DNA of 64,000 nucleotides from Deltaproteobacteria bacterium (GTDB lineage Bacteria > Bacillota > Clostridia > Acetivibrionales > UBA4821). The position numbers and the translations under genes are program-made. Location: the NCBI GenBank assembly GCA_050258375.1, contig JBLMYQ010000051.1, positions 23,719 to 87,718 on the forward strand. The letters are read 5' to 3'. The notes under the pieces were generated by a model. The model saw only the letters and a program-made list of their open reading frames with translations, searched no databases and was not told where the DNA came from. This document shows, in pieces, positions 19,521 to 28,694 of this stretch. Each line of letters opens with the position of its first letter. Position 1 is the first letter of the stretch.

Positions 19521-19709
19521 TAAAAAAAGTGTAAACATATTTTATCTTTCGAGTAAATTCTGACAGTCAAATGCATTTCGGTAACTTTTTTTGAAATGCC
19601 TTGCCGGAAATATTTTTTAAAGGAATAAACTTATATTTCCTGGCATTATAAAAAAAGTGTAAACATATTTTATCTTTTGGGTAAATTCTGATAGTCAAAT
19701 ACATTTCGG
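19521..19709. repeat. Two 61-bp direct repeats (19521-19581, 19649-19709)
   Basis: TAAAAAAAGTGTAAACATATTTTATCTTT...CATTTCGG; 4 mismatches by eye. Confidence 0.9.
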
Positions 19710-19716
19710 AATACAT

Positions 19717-19758
19717 TTCGTTCCTCCCTATTGAAGGGGGGAAGATAGTTGGGGAGTC
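19717..19758 (-). repeat. Single REP-like hairpin (type B-like) containing the kinase stop codon
   Basis: Minus strand GACTCCCCAACTATCTTCCCCCCTTCAATAGGGAGGAACGAA resembles the ends at 15266 and 48283. Confidence 0.55.
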
Positions 19759-21155
19759 GGAATTGTTAGATAAAAGGAAGTTCCTTCTCCTCTTTTACTT
19801 TCTACCCAAATCTTGCCTCCATGAAGCTCCACTAGGCTTTTAGCAATATTAAGCCCTAATCCGGTTCCTCCATCGTTTTGTCTTGTTCTGTCTCCCCTAT
19901 AAAACTTATCAAACACATGCGCTAAATCTTCTTCCGGAATTCCCTGTCCATTATCTCTCACAGCAAATTTTATAAAATCATCTTCTTGTTTTACCGAAAT
20001 TCTGACTTGAGAACCCTCTCCCGAATACTTGACTGCATTTGTTATCAGATTTGAGAGAATCTGTTTAAGCCTGTCCGAATCTGCCTTAACATAAAATTCG
20101 ACAGGACATTCAGAAACTATTTGAACCTGTTTTTGATGTGCTGTTATTTCCAAGCTTCTTATAATTTCATTTATTACATCAACCGTTTTTACGTCAACAA
20201 TATTTAGTTTGATTGCTCCACCCTGAATCTTTGCAATTTCAAGAATATCTCCGGTAAGCTTTATAAGCCGGTTAATCTCTTCTTTCATAATTGCTAAATA
20301 TTTGGGATAATTTTCGGGCTTAATAAGACCGTCAATCATTCCCTGTACGAAGCCATTAATTGAAGTCAAGGGAGTTCTAAGGTCATGAGAAACATTTGCA
20401 ATAAATTCACGCCTAACATTTTCAGTAATCTCAAGCTGTTTATTCATTGTATTAAAAGCATCAGCCAGCTTTTCAATCTCATCACTGGTTTTCGCTTTGA
20501 TTTCTTCAACCTTTTCTCCTCCTGCAAGCTTCATAGCTGCATCGGTCATTTGTACAATCGGTCTTGAAATTCTTCGTGAAATAAAATAGATTATGCCTGC
20601 ACTGATTATTGCAAGAATCAGTGCACATATCCAGATTATCAGGTTAATCTTTTTTATATCAGCCTCCATTACATTAACAGGAGAAAAAATCAATATAGCC
20701 CCTGAAATCTGATTCCTATTTTTCAGAGGATAACCTGTAAAGACTACATCCATATTAAACTTTGAAGAATATTGAGTTTTACGGAAAACAGTTTTGCCCT
20801 CAAGAATCTGTTCCAGGTCATTAAGCAGAAAAGCTTCATCCAACCCTTCTCCGATGTTGATGCTTTTTTTATCTTTTATTGCATCTACATTTGCATTTAT
20901 AACATAAATACTTGAATCAGTAACATAACCAATAGAATTTATTGATGAATCAAGCTCCTGCTTATTAAGCAATCCGCTAAGATAACTTTCAGCCAACCTC
21001 CCAACTTTTTTTGCAGATTTTAATTGTTCTTGTTCCTTATCGGTAAAGATATAATCCGAATAGCCGATAGAAAGTGCTATAGACGCAGTCAATATGACCG
21101 CAGTAATAATCATCAGATATGTGAACATTAACCGTGAGAAAATATTTTTAAACAT
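19728..21155 (-). CDS. Sensor histidine kinase (HAMP-HisKA-HATPase)
   Basis: ANVSHDLRTPLT, NLITNAVKYS, DNGQGI, GTGLGL. Confidence 0.95.
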   Translation of the reverse strand: MFKNIFSRLMFTYLMIITAVILTASIALSIGYSDYIFTDKEQEQLKSAKKVGRLAESYLSGLLNKQELDSSINSIGYVTDSSIYVINANVDAIKDKKSINIGEGLDEAFLLNDLEQILEGKTVFRKTQYSSKFNMDVVFTGYPLKNRNQISGAILIFSPVNVMEADIKKINLIIWICALILAIISAGIIYFISRRISRPIVQMTDAAMKLAGGEKVEEIKAKTSDEIEKLADAFNTMNKQLEITENVRREFIANVSHDLRTPLTSINGFVQGMIDGLIKPENYPKYLAIMKEEINRLIKLTGDILEIAKIQGGAIKLNIVDVKTVDVINEIIRSLEITAHQKQVQIVSECPVEFYVKADSDRLKQILSNLITNAVKYSGEGSQVRISVKQEDDFIKFAVRDNGQGIPEEDLAHVFDKFYRGDRTRQNDGGTGLGLNIAKSLVELHGGKIWVESKRGEGTSFYLTIPTPQLSSPLQ

Positions 21156-21844
21156 TATTTTACCTCGAATTTGTAACCTACGCCCCAGATTGTAACAAGC
21201 TCCCAACCCGAATCAGGGCTTTCAATTTTTTGTCTTAGGCTTTTTACATGAACGTCAACGGTCCGGGTATCGCCTGTAAAATCATAGCCCCAAACCTTTT
21301 CAAGCAGTTGATCTCTCGAAAAAACAATATTCTTATTATTAACTAAAAAAAACAGCAATTGAAGCTCTTTAGGCTTTAGCTCAACTTTCTTTCCACTTAT
21401 ACATGCCTCATATTTACTTAAATCAACCGACAGATTACCTATGACTATTAGATTATCATTCTTACAAGATGTACCTACATGTTGTCTAAGGCGTGCCTTA
21501 ACCCTGGCAACAACCTCTCTTGGCTCAAATGGTTTTACTATATAGTCATCTGCCCCAAGCTCAAACCCCTGCACCTTATCATCAATCATATCTCGGGCTG
21601 TTATCATTATGACCGGAACACTGCTGGTTTTGCGGATTATTTTGCAGACCTCCCAGCCATTTATTATTGGCATCATAACGTCAAGCATAACCAAATCATA
21701 TTCGTTGCTTTTAATCTCATCAAGCGCACAGCTTCCATCATGACAAAAGGTTAAGGAATAACCTTCATTTGAAAGGTACATATCAAGTATTTCGCAAATA
21801 TTTTTATCATCATCTGCAATAAGGATTTTTTTCTGTTTATCCAT
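21155..21844 (-). CDS. OmpR/PhoB-family response regulator
   Basis: ADDD, LDVMMP, KPF, RTVDVHV, TIWGVGYKF. Confidence 0.95.
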   Translation of the reverse strand: MDKQKKILIADDDKNICEILDMYLSNEGYSLTFCHDGSCALDEIKSNEYDLVMLDVMMPIINGWEVCKIIRKTSSVPVIMITARDMIDDKVQGFELGADDYIVKPFEPREVVARVKARLRQHVGTSCKNDNLIVIGNLSVDLSKYEACISGKKVELKPKELQLLFFLVNNKNIVFSRDQLLEKVWGYDFTGDTRTVDVHVKSLRQKIESPDSGWELVTIWGVGYKFEVK

Positions 21845-21967
21845 TTTCTGACCTCGTTTGGGTAAGTATTAACCTTCTTTCATTTTAAAGCATTCCTCAA
21901 AACAATTCAATTATTAGGTAAAACAAGGCTTGGGTGGCATTTTATGTATAACAAGATAATACTTTTA

Positions 21968-23005
21968 TCATTTCACATTAAAGCAGCCTTGTTCAAAAAG
22001 TATTGTTGCATTTTTATCTTTTGAATACTTTTTAAGCTTGTTAATCAATTCTTGTGCATCTTTCCCCAGCAGTTTTCTCGGCTGGGCTTGTATAATTCTT
22101 ATAGGTAGAATTTCTACCTGTTTAAGCAGACTTTTATCCAGTGATAGATTTAATATTATAGTTTCATCTGTTCCTTTTGGAATTTGCTTATCAAATACAA
22201 AATTACCTACACTGTAGAAAATAAATTTATCTTTATATTTTTCCACACCTTGCAGGACATGCGGATGATGGCCTATAATCATATCTGCCCCATTTTCAAT
22301 AAGTACATGTGCCAGCTTTATCTGATAATCAGAAGGATAATTGTTAAACTCTTTGCCCCAATGAATCGAAACTATAAGGAAATCGCATTTTCTTTTTGCT
22401 TCGGCTACATTTTTTTCTATATTTTCGTTTACTTGAGCCACGTCGGGTTCATTTTCACTAAAGAAATAACCTTCAGAAGGAAAATGTGAATATCCGAGTA
22501 CTCCTAATGTAGTATTTGACACTTTTACAAATTTAGCTTGGCTTGCATTATCTCTGTTTAGACCAGCACCTACTGTTATAATTCCTGCCTTACTCAAATT
22601 ATTCATTGTGTTTTTTAATCCTTCTTGGCCTTGATCCATAGAATGATTGTTCGCAAGGTTTAGTATACTAAAGCCTGCAGCTTTCAGTGCTGCAGCATTT
22701 GAAACATCAGCTTTGAATATAAGCTTCCTATCTTTAAGAACTGGAGTACCTTTTTGGGTTATTGGACATTCCAGATTTCCAATAACAACATCTGATTTTT
22801 TCAAAACATCCTGGATTTCTGAATAAGGATATTTTTCACCTTTACTTTGAATTTGCTTTTTCACTCCTCTGTCGAGAAGAATATCCCCAACGATTGAAAT
22901 TCTAGCACTTTTATTGCTAAAATTTTTTTGAACATACAGTCCTAAAAAGCTTAATATCAATAGGGTACAAAACAAAATTATTATACCTGCGCGGTTCTTA
23001 AACAT
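21968..23005 (-). CDS. CapA/PgsA-family metallophosphatase-fold protein
   Basis: GDILL, GNLE, NLANNH, HWG, GHHPH, YSVGNF. Confidence 0.9.
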   Translation of the reverse strand: MFKNRAGIIILFCTLLILSFLGLYVQKNFSNKSARISIVGDILLDRGVKKQIQSKGEKYPYSEIQDVLKKSDVVIGNLECPITQKGTPVLKDRKLIFKADVSNAAALKAAGFSILNLANNHSMDQGQEGLKNTMNNLSKAGIITVGAGLNRDNASQAKFVKVSNTTLGVLGYSHFPSEGYFFSENEPDVAQVNENIEKNVAEAKRKCDFLIVSIHWGKEFNNYPSDYQIKLAHVLIENGADMIIGHHPHVLQGVEKYKDKFIFYSVGNFVFDKQIPKGTDETIILNLSLDKSLLKQVEILPIRIIQAQPRKLLGKDAQELINKLKKYSKDKNATILFEQGCFNVK

Positions 23006-23043
23006 TAGTATAGGCACCTCACTTCTAAAGTCACCAAGAATTA

Positions 23044-23075
23044 AATTGGGTTTAGCTTTAACACCAAACCCAATT
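23044..23075. terminator. Intergenic hairpin (weak terminator or processing stem)
   Basis: AATTGGGTTT...AAACCCAATT. Confidence 0.45.
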
Positions 23076-23103
23076 CAATAAATTTATAGCACACTAATTC
23101 TTT

Positions 23104-25320
23104 TTAACAGCCCGAAACAAAAGGTTCTGCCGGAACAGGAACGTGGTGTATACCTTTTTGATTCTTAAAGGATTTAATCCATTCCTGCTGGTTTGGCTTC
23201 CCATTTTTAATAATTTTGAGCCATTCTTCATCTGTAAGCCTTTTATTGTTTTTAAATTCATAATAGCTAAAAACTGCACCTCTGGTTAAGTAAAGCTTCC
23301 CTTTTATTGGAACAATGGTATAAATTTCATCTGCATTACCAATTCCCGCTTCGAGGTATTGATCATTATAAGTATGGATATCGGTTATCATTGCAATATT
23401 TTTCTCTGTTTCTGACTCAATCTGATACCATTTTTCAACATCTGTACAGCTTAATGTAAGACCTTCCAAGGTGCCTCCATATATCCTTATAGAATAATAT
23501 TCCTCCTGAGTAAGCTCTTCATTTTTTAATTCCTTAGTAGAGCATGTAATAAGGAAATCCAAAAGATTTGCAAAATTCTCCATTCCACTTTCAACTTCCC
23601 CTGTCATTATGTCCTTATTCTTTAAATTTGTCTTTGTATATTCAGTCAACCACTTTAATCTCTGATACATCTCTATGTTTGGTTCAACATAACCCTTTGG
23701 TGGCGGCGGTTCTTCAAAGCCACCACATTCAGCCGTCATGCTTTGTTTCCCATATAGTACCGTATCATGCCTTAATTCTGACCAGCTTGAAAGAGCAGTA
23801 CTAAGTGACTTATCCTGCCAAGCAGTATTTCTCATGAATGAAGGATATCCCTCTTCAAAGCTAGCAAGTAATGATTTAAGCGTCCAAAGCCATCCATAGT
23901 AAATATTAGACCTCCATGTCTCGTCCGAAGCAGCTGAGAACTTAGCTTCTAAATTATCAAAAATCTCAGAATATTTATTCCAATTATCTTTTTCTTTGTA
24001 TTGATTGTTTAAAATATTTTTTGCTCTTTCAGAACCAAATACAGCCATAACGTCAAGTCCTTTCGGCATAGGACGTTTTTTAATGTCTGTAAGCTCTTGA
24101 AGAACCTCAGAGTCTGCAATATATCTTTGACCCATAAACTTAAATTGTTTACCAACAGGAATATTAATCCTGCCAGTATCAACCTTTGCTTTTATTTTGG
24201 GCTCTGGCAATGCTTTAGCAAGCTTATAAAACTCAGATACCTTTTTTGTATTATCTAATTCTTCTAAATTAGGATTTTTCCCATATACTTCTGCAAGCAT
24301 ATCCTTAAAATGATGTATTGTTATATCATCTGCTGCACCTACGTAAAGTGAAGTTGGATCATAAATTTTTTCCCACAGACTTTCATTTTCCTTTGATGAA
24401 AACACAGCTTGTGTCATAAGTAACCCTTGTATAACCTGCTGTTTATATTCCTGTTTATCATCTATCGGGAAAGAAATCAATCCATACCACATCATCGCCT
24501 TAAAGTATTTTTTCAAGGTTTCATTCTTTGTATAATGCCCTCTTGGTGCAAACTGGCTGTAATCAACCTTGTATGGAAAAATATTTGAATCTGTAAAGCT
24601 TTCATTCCTTGAAATAAGAAGTAATTCTTCTTCAGCAAGCTTGGCTGCGTTTTGGGGCATGTTTTTAGGAAGGCTTTTCCCAAGAAGCTTTTGAGCTACT
24701 GCAAAATACGCCACATTCTTAGCAGCAGCTTCCTTGACAAATGGATTTTTTATATTTTTGTATTGCTTAATAGATTCCAAAAGCATATTGCTTGTTAATT
24801 GTCCTAAAACAGGAGTTAGTTTTTGTTCTTCCACCTTTCTTAAAGAATAATCAAAGAACAAATGATAAACCTGCAGCACTGAATCAGTTGAAATAAAGCT
24901 TGGGATTTTTAGATATTCATTTCTTTCATAAATATAAAATAGCTGCTCTTCATTGGTTGGTAATACAACAAATCCGTTTTTCACCAAAAGAGTTTTCTGT
25001 TCTTTTGTAAATGTACCAAATTGTTCAATATTTACTACATTTGATAAATCAGCCTTTATCTTATATTCAGGAACTTTTTTTTCAAATGCTGGTGCTTTCC
25101 ACTCAACATTAATTAATCCATCTCTTTTCCCAATATCATTCCTTGTAACAATTGTTTCTGTTTTCTGTGGATTACTCGTAGTCTCCTTTACTCCTTCCGA
25201 TTGTTTATTTACCTGCTGAATTTCCACCCTTACCGGTTCCTTTTTCGAATTTATACATCCTGCCGCAATCCCACATATAAGAAGTACAGAAGCAATAACC
25301 CATATCTTCTTTTTCAACAT
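23104..25320 (-). CDS. DUF3160-family lipoprotein
   Basis: Lipobox IAAGC; DYSQFAPRGHYT, SWSELRHDTVLYGKQS, GYVEP, RGAVFSYYEF. Confidence 0.85.
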   Translation of the reverse strand: MLKKKIWVIASVLLICGIAAGCINSKKEPVRVEIQQVNKQSEGVKETTSNPQKTETIVTRNDIGKRDGLINVEWKAPAFEKKVPEYKIKADLSNVVNIEQFGTFTKEQKTLLVKNGFVVLPTNEEQLFYIYERNEYLKIPSFISTDSVLQVYHLFFDYSLRKVEEQKLTPVLGQLTSNMLLESIKQYKNIKNPFVKEAAAKNVAYFAVAQKLLGKSLPKNMPQNAAKLAEEELLLISRNESFTDSNIFPYKVDYSQFAPRGHYTKNETLKKYFKAMMWYGLISFPIDDKQEYKQQVIQGLLMTQAVFSSKENESLWEKIYDPTSLYVGAADDITIHHFKDMLAEVYGKNPNLEELDNTKKVSEFYKLAKALPEPKIKAKVDTGRINIPVGKQFKFMGQRYIADSEVLQELTDIKKRPMPKGLDVMAVFGSERAKNILNNQYKEKDNWNKYSEIFDNLEAKFSAASDETWRSNIYYGWLWTLKSLLASFEEGYPSFMRNTAWQDKSLSTALSSWSELRHDTVLYGKQSMTAECGGFEEPPPPKGYVEPNIEMYQRLKWLTEYTKTNLKNKDIMTGEVESGMENFANLLDFLITCSTKELKNEELTQEEYYSIRIYGGTLEGLTLSCTDVEKWYQIESETEKNIAMITDIHTYNDQYLEAGIGNADEIYTIVPIKGKLYLTRGAVFSYYEFKNNKRLTDEEWLKIIKNGKPNQQEWIKSFKNQKGIHHVPVPAEPFVSGC

Positions 25321-25338
25321 TTCTAATCCCTCCAGTTA

Positions 25339-26355
25339 TTAATTAAATATACCAAGTAAATTACTATCCCGGGCGAATTTTTTTGAAACCATTCTATTGG
25401 TGCTGTTAATCATAACAGTCCATTTCCAAATATTATTTTCTTTTATACGCGCAACAATTTCTCTCGGGTTTCCTGTAATTAATGTTCCTCTTTTTATATC
25501 TGAAATATCTTCAAAACCTTTGCTTGATGCAATTCCTTCAAATCCGAATCCTTTCCATCTATATAAGCTGATAAGCTTTTGCCCTTGCCTGTTAACTTCA
25601 ATCGAAATCAGCTCATCCATTCCATCGCAATTAATATCTTGAAATATATAGTCTTCAAATGGCATTGAAAGCCTTGACCCCAACCATTTAGGCGATATGC
25701 CTCCATTCTCCCAGTTATATACAAATGGTCTTTTTGCATATATCTGATGCAAAGGTGTTTTTTTGTATGCTCCAAAGGATATATCCTTCTTTTTGTCTCC
25801 ATCAACATCCGCAGCTTGAACCTTCCAAACATCAAACCCTTTAAATTGGTATGAATATTTTACTTTTAATTTGTTTGCTGAAGCATTATCAAAAGAAAGC
25901 ATTAATATTTTTCTGCCATATTGTTCACCTTCTTTTCCGGTAACAAGGATTATATAATCTTCCCCAATTTTGTCCATATCAGCTGTAAAGCTGCTTACGA
26001 TTCTATTATTATCTTCTATTGCATATCTTGCTGCCTCTTTTCCATTTCTATCAAAAACCTTGATTCCCTTTTCATTTATCAATACTATGTATTTTCCCCC
26101 TGCATTGAAAAACCAAATATTTTGTATATTTTCCTTTGATATATTAAGCACCTTAAGACTAAAAAGCGCCCGCGGGTTTTGCCTATATACCAGAAAATTA
26201 AATCCGAGCAGCTCACCTGTAAAATAAACTGCTGGTTTGCTTTCCATGGATATTTTTAAAATATTATTTATTGAGATTGAATAAGTAGCCATCCAAATAA
26301 GTATTAAAAAAACGCACAATAAAAAAGCAAAAAATAATTTCTTTTTAGATATCAA
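25339..26355 (-). CDS. Membrane-anchored protein with FG-GAP/VCBS-like DxDGD repeats
   Basis: ADVDGDKKKDI, DINCDGMDEL, PKWLGSRLS, WKGFGF; TTG start after GGAGG. Confidence 0.7.
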   Translation of the reverse strand: MISKKKLFFAFLLCVFLILIWMATYSISINNILKISMESKPAVYFTGELLGFNFLVYRQNPRALFSLKVLNISKENIQNIWFFNAGGKYIVLINEKGIKVFDRNGKEAARYAIEDNNRIVSSFTADMDKIGEDYIILVTGKEGEQYGRKILMLSFDNASANKLKVKYSYQFKGFDVWKVQAADVDGDKKKDISFGAYKKTPLHQIYAKRPFVYNWENGGISPKWLGSRLSMPFEDYIFQDINCDGMDELISIEVNRQGQKLISLYRWKGFGFEGIASSKGFEDISDIKRGTLITGNPREIVARIKENNIWKWTVMINSTNRMVSKKFARDSNLLGIFN

Positions 26356-26616
26356 AAATGATGCCTCCACTAATATACTTTTTTTGATAAATATAATATT
26401 CTATTTATTTAAGAAAACTCCTTTAACAATATATTATTTGTTCAATAATTGACATAAAACAAAGCCTTATTTTTTATATTTTTTATTTAAAAAGTGTAGA
26501 AAATTTGTTATAATCGTGATAAAATTAAATTTATTGAAATGGTTTATATTCAAATGGATGCCTGCAAATCTGCGCGGACAAGGATGCTTTTTCATTTTTT
26601 GAAGGAGGAATTGGGG

Positions 26617-26850
26617 ATGGGTCAGACAGTAAAAGAAGCAATTGATTGGCTTATTGTGAAGTACAACTGCTGCAGCATTAGTGATTTGTTCAAGAAAGCT
26701 GCCAAATGGGAAATCGGAGCTTTTTTTAAGGAATCTACAGGGAAAAGCCTGGTGTTAACAATGGGCTTCAAGCAAGGTGAAGAAAATGGGTATCTAATAA
26801 ATGAATTCTTTTTCCCTTCCTATTATTCGCCAAATATTCCATCTGTGTGA
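26617..26850 (+). CDS. Small hypothetical protein (77 aa)
   Basis: Strong RBS AAGGAGG, upstream TGTTATAAT, own terminator. Confidence 0.55.
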   Translation: MGQTVKEAIDWLIVKYNCCSISDLFKKAAKWEIGAFFKESTGKSLVLTMGFKQGEENGYLINEFFFPSYYSPNIPSV

Positions 26851-26865
26851 TATCCAATTTTTTAT

Positions 26866-26895
26866 AAAGGAGCGAATAATCGCTCCTTTTTTTTT
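26866..26895 (+). terminator. Intrinsic terminator
   Basis: AAAGGAGCGA-ataa-TCGCTCCTTTTTTTT. Confidence 0.85.
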
Positions 26896-26991
26896 AGCAA
26901 TGAATTTGGGCTCTACATATAAAGAGATTCCTTTTTCATTTATTTTAAGATATAATTCAAATATAAATTCATCAATTAAAGGAGTATTTTC

Positions 26992-27225
26992 ATGAAGGAT
27001 CCACGAAACAGAGCAGATGTTCCTCCAGGAACAAGAGTAATGGTTGTTCAGAAGCAGCATCAGCCAACAGGGCAGCTAACAGAAGGAATTGTTGCAGACC
27101 TTCTTACAAATTCCGCATTTCACCCAAGAGGAATCAAGGTCAGACTGACAAGCGGAATCGTGGGGCGTGTTCAGAAAATTATTGAAGAACACAAAATGAT
27201 AATTGAACCTATCCATAAAAGTTAA
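26992..27225 (+). CDS. YwbE/DUF2196-family small protein
   Basis: VQKQHQPTGQLTEGIV..LLTNSAFHPRGIKVRL..G.VGRVQ. Confidence 0.9.
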   Translation: MKDPRNRADVPPGTRVMVVQKQHQPTGQLTEGIVADLLTNSAFHPRGIKVRLTSGIVGRVQKIIEEHKMIIEPIHKS

Positions 27226-28454
27226 AATTCAAAATCAATCCCTTGCAGCCTTTTTTTAATTTCATCCATAACCTGTTTTTCTTCCTGAATGCTATTTGCT
27301 GCATATGTCATTGAAAGTCTTACAAAATGTCCTGCATCATCCCAAGGAACCGTGGATATCAATTTCTCCATTATCAGAAATTGTGAGAACTCTTCTGCAT
27401 TTTTAAAGCTTCTTCCACCCTTTATACCTTTGGGAGTCTCAACATACAAAAAGAACGCCCCTTTGGGCTTTTCCACAGTAAAACCCTTTCCCTTCAGAAC
27501 CTCAATCATAAGATCATATCTTCTTGAGTACTTTTCACTTGTTTTTCGGGTAATTTCGGGATGCTTAAAAGCATGCATTGCAGCTTTTAGGATTGGTATA
27601 AACTGCCCGGCATCGCAGCTACCCTTAATCTCGGCCAAGCCTTTCATTGCCAGCTCATTTCCTGCAATGACTGCTATTCTCCAGCCTGCCATATTGAAGG
27701 CTTTTGAAAGAGAAAATATTTCTATTCCAACATCCTTTGCGCCATCAACCGAAAGAAATGCCAGCGGTTTTTCATTATCAAATACAAGACTTGAGTATGC
27801 TGCATCATGAATAACTACAATGTCATTCTGCTTAGCAAAGCTTACAACCTTTTCAAAAAATTCTCTGGTTGCACATGCACCCGTAGGATTATTTGGATAA
27901 TTTATATAAAGCAGCTTTGCCTTCTTGCGAACATCCTGAGGTATTGAATCAAGGTCTGGAAAAAAATTATTTTCTTTTCTCAAAGGAAGATTATAAACCT
28001 TTCCCCCATACCATTCACTTGAAATCCCCAGGGTAGGATAACATGGAATCGTCATAAGCGTAATGTCACCAGGATTTATAAATACAAGAGGAATCATTGC
28101 AAGAACAATTTTTGAGCCTATCCCGTGAAATACTTCTGTAGATGAATTTAGACCCTTTATTCCATAAACCTCTTCCAGATATTTTACAGCCGAATCTTTA
28201 AAATCCTGCGGTCCATGTCCTGAATAACTGCGGTTTTCGTGTTTAGCAGCTTCTTTGCCAAGAATCTCAACACAACCCATATCCGCCATTTCATCAGGTT
28301 CGCCAACGCCCAGATCTATAAGCTTCATTTCCGGATGAAGCTTTTGCGCTGCCGCTTTTGCCTGCCTGATTCTTTCAAATTTATATATAGCCTCTCCTTT
28401 TCCAAATTCAGAGCCGCCTATTCTATCTGCAAAAAGGTTTTGTATATAACTCAT
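27222..28454 (-). CDS. dapL: LL-diaminopimelate aminotransferase-like class I PLP enzyme (divergent)
   Basis: SYIQNLFADRIGG N-terminus, DLGVGEPD, NYPNNPTG, DAAY, SLSKAFNMAGWR, STVPWDDAG. Confidence 0.7.
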   Translation of the reverse strand: MSYIQNLFADRIGGSEFGKGEAIYKFERIRQAKAAAQKLHPEMKLIDLGVGEPDEMADMGCVEILGKEAAKHENRSYSGHGPQDFKDSAVKYLEEVYGIKGLNSSTEVFHGIGSKIVLAMIPLVFINPGDITLMTIPCYPTLGISSEWYGGKVYNLPLRKENNFFPDLDSIPQDVRKKAKLLYINYPNNPTGACATREFFEKVVSFAKQNDIVVIHDAAYSSLVFDNEKPLAFLSVDGAKDVGIEIFSLSKAFNMAGWRIAVIAGNELAMKGLAEIKGSCDAGQFIPILKAAMHAFKHPEITRKTSEKYSRRYDLMIEVLKGKGFTVEKPKGAFFLYVETPKGIKGGRSFKNAEEFSQFLIMEKLISTVPWDDAGHFVRLSMTYAANSIQEEKQVMDEIKKRLQGIDFEF

Positions 28455-28694
28455 TAGCCTGCCTCCCATAATACCTTTGTGTTTAATATTCTACCGTGAT
28501 TCAGTATATTTTACAACTGTGTTTAACCTCTATTATTTTTATGAAAATTATGGTATAATTGTTTCAATTATTGTCTTCTTATAAATATAAATTCCTCCAC
28601 TTTGGAATTTTGTTTCTCCTGATAATTGTTAGGATAACCTTTAGCAAAAAGACGTTAATACCTTACAGACGTAAATTAGAAAGGAAGTGCTTAA

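Noticed and set aside
19521-19709. Possible CRISPR array
   Set aside because: Only two 61-bp units, a 67-bp spacer and no cas genes
19728-21206. 51-bp overlap of kinase and regulator
   Set aside because: The likely start is ATG 21155 in a TAATG coupling
21968-23005. Poly-gamma-glutamate capsule locus
   Set aside because: capB, capC and capE are absent from the window; CapA-family proteins are widespread without capsule
27289-27810. Long antisense ORFs (also 32872-33429, 56785-57327, 57758-58189 and many shorter ones)
   Set aside because: Shadows of well-supported genes on the opposite strand, with no recognisable motifs
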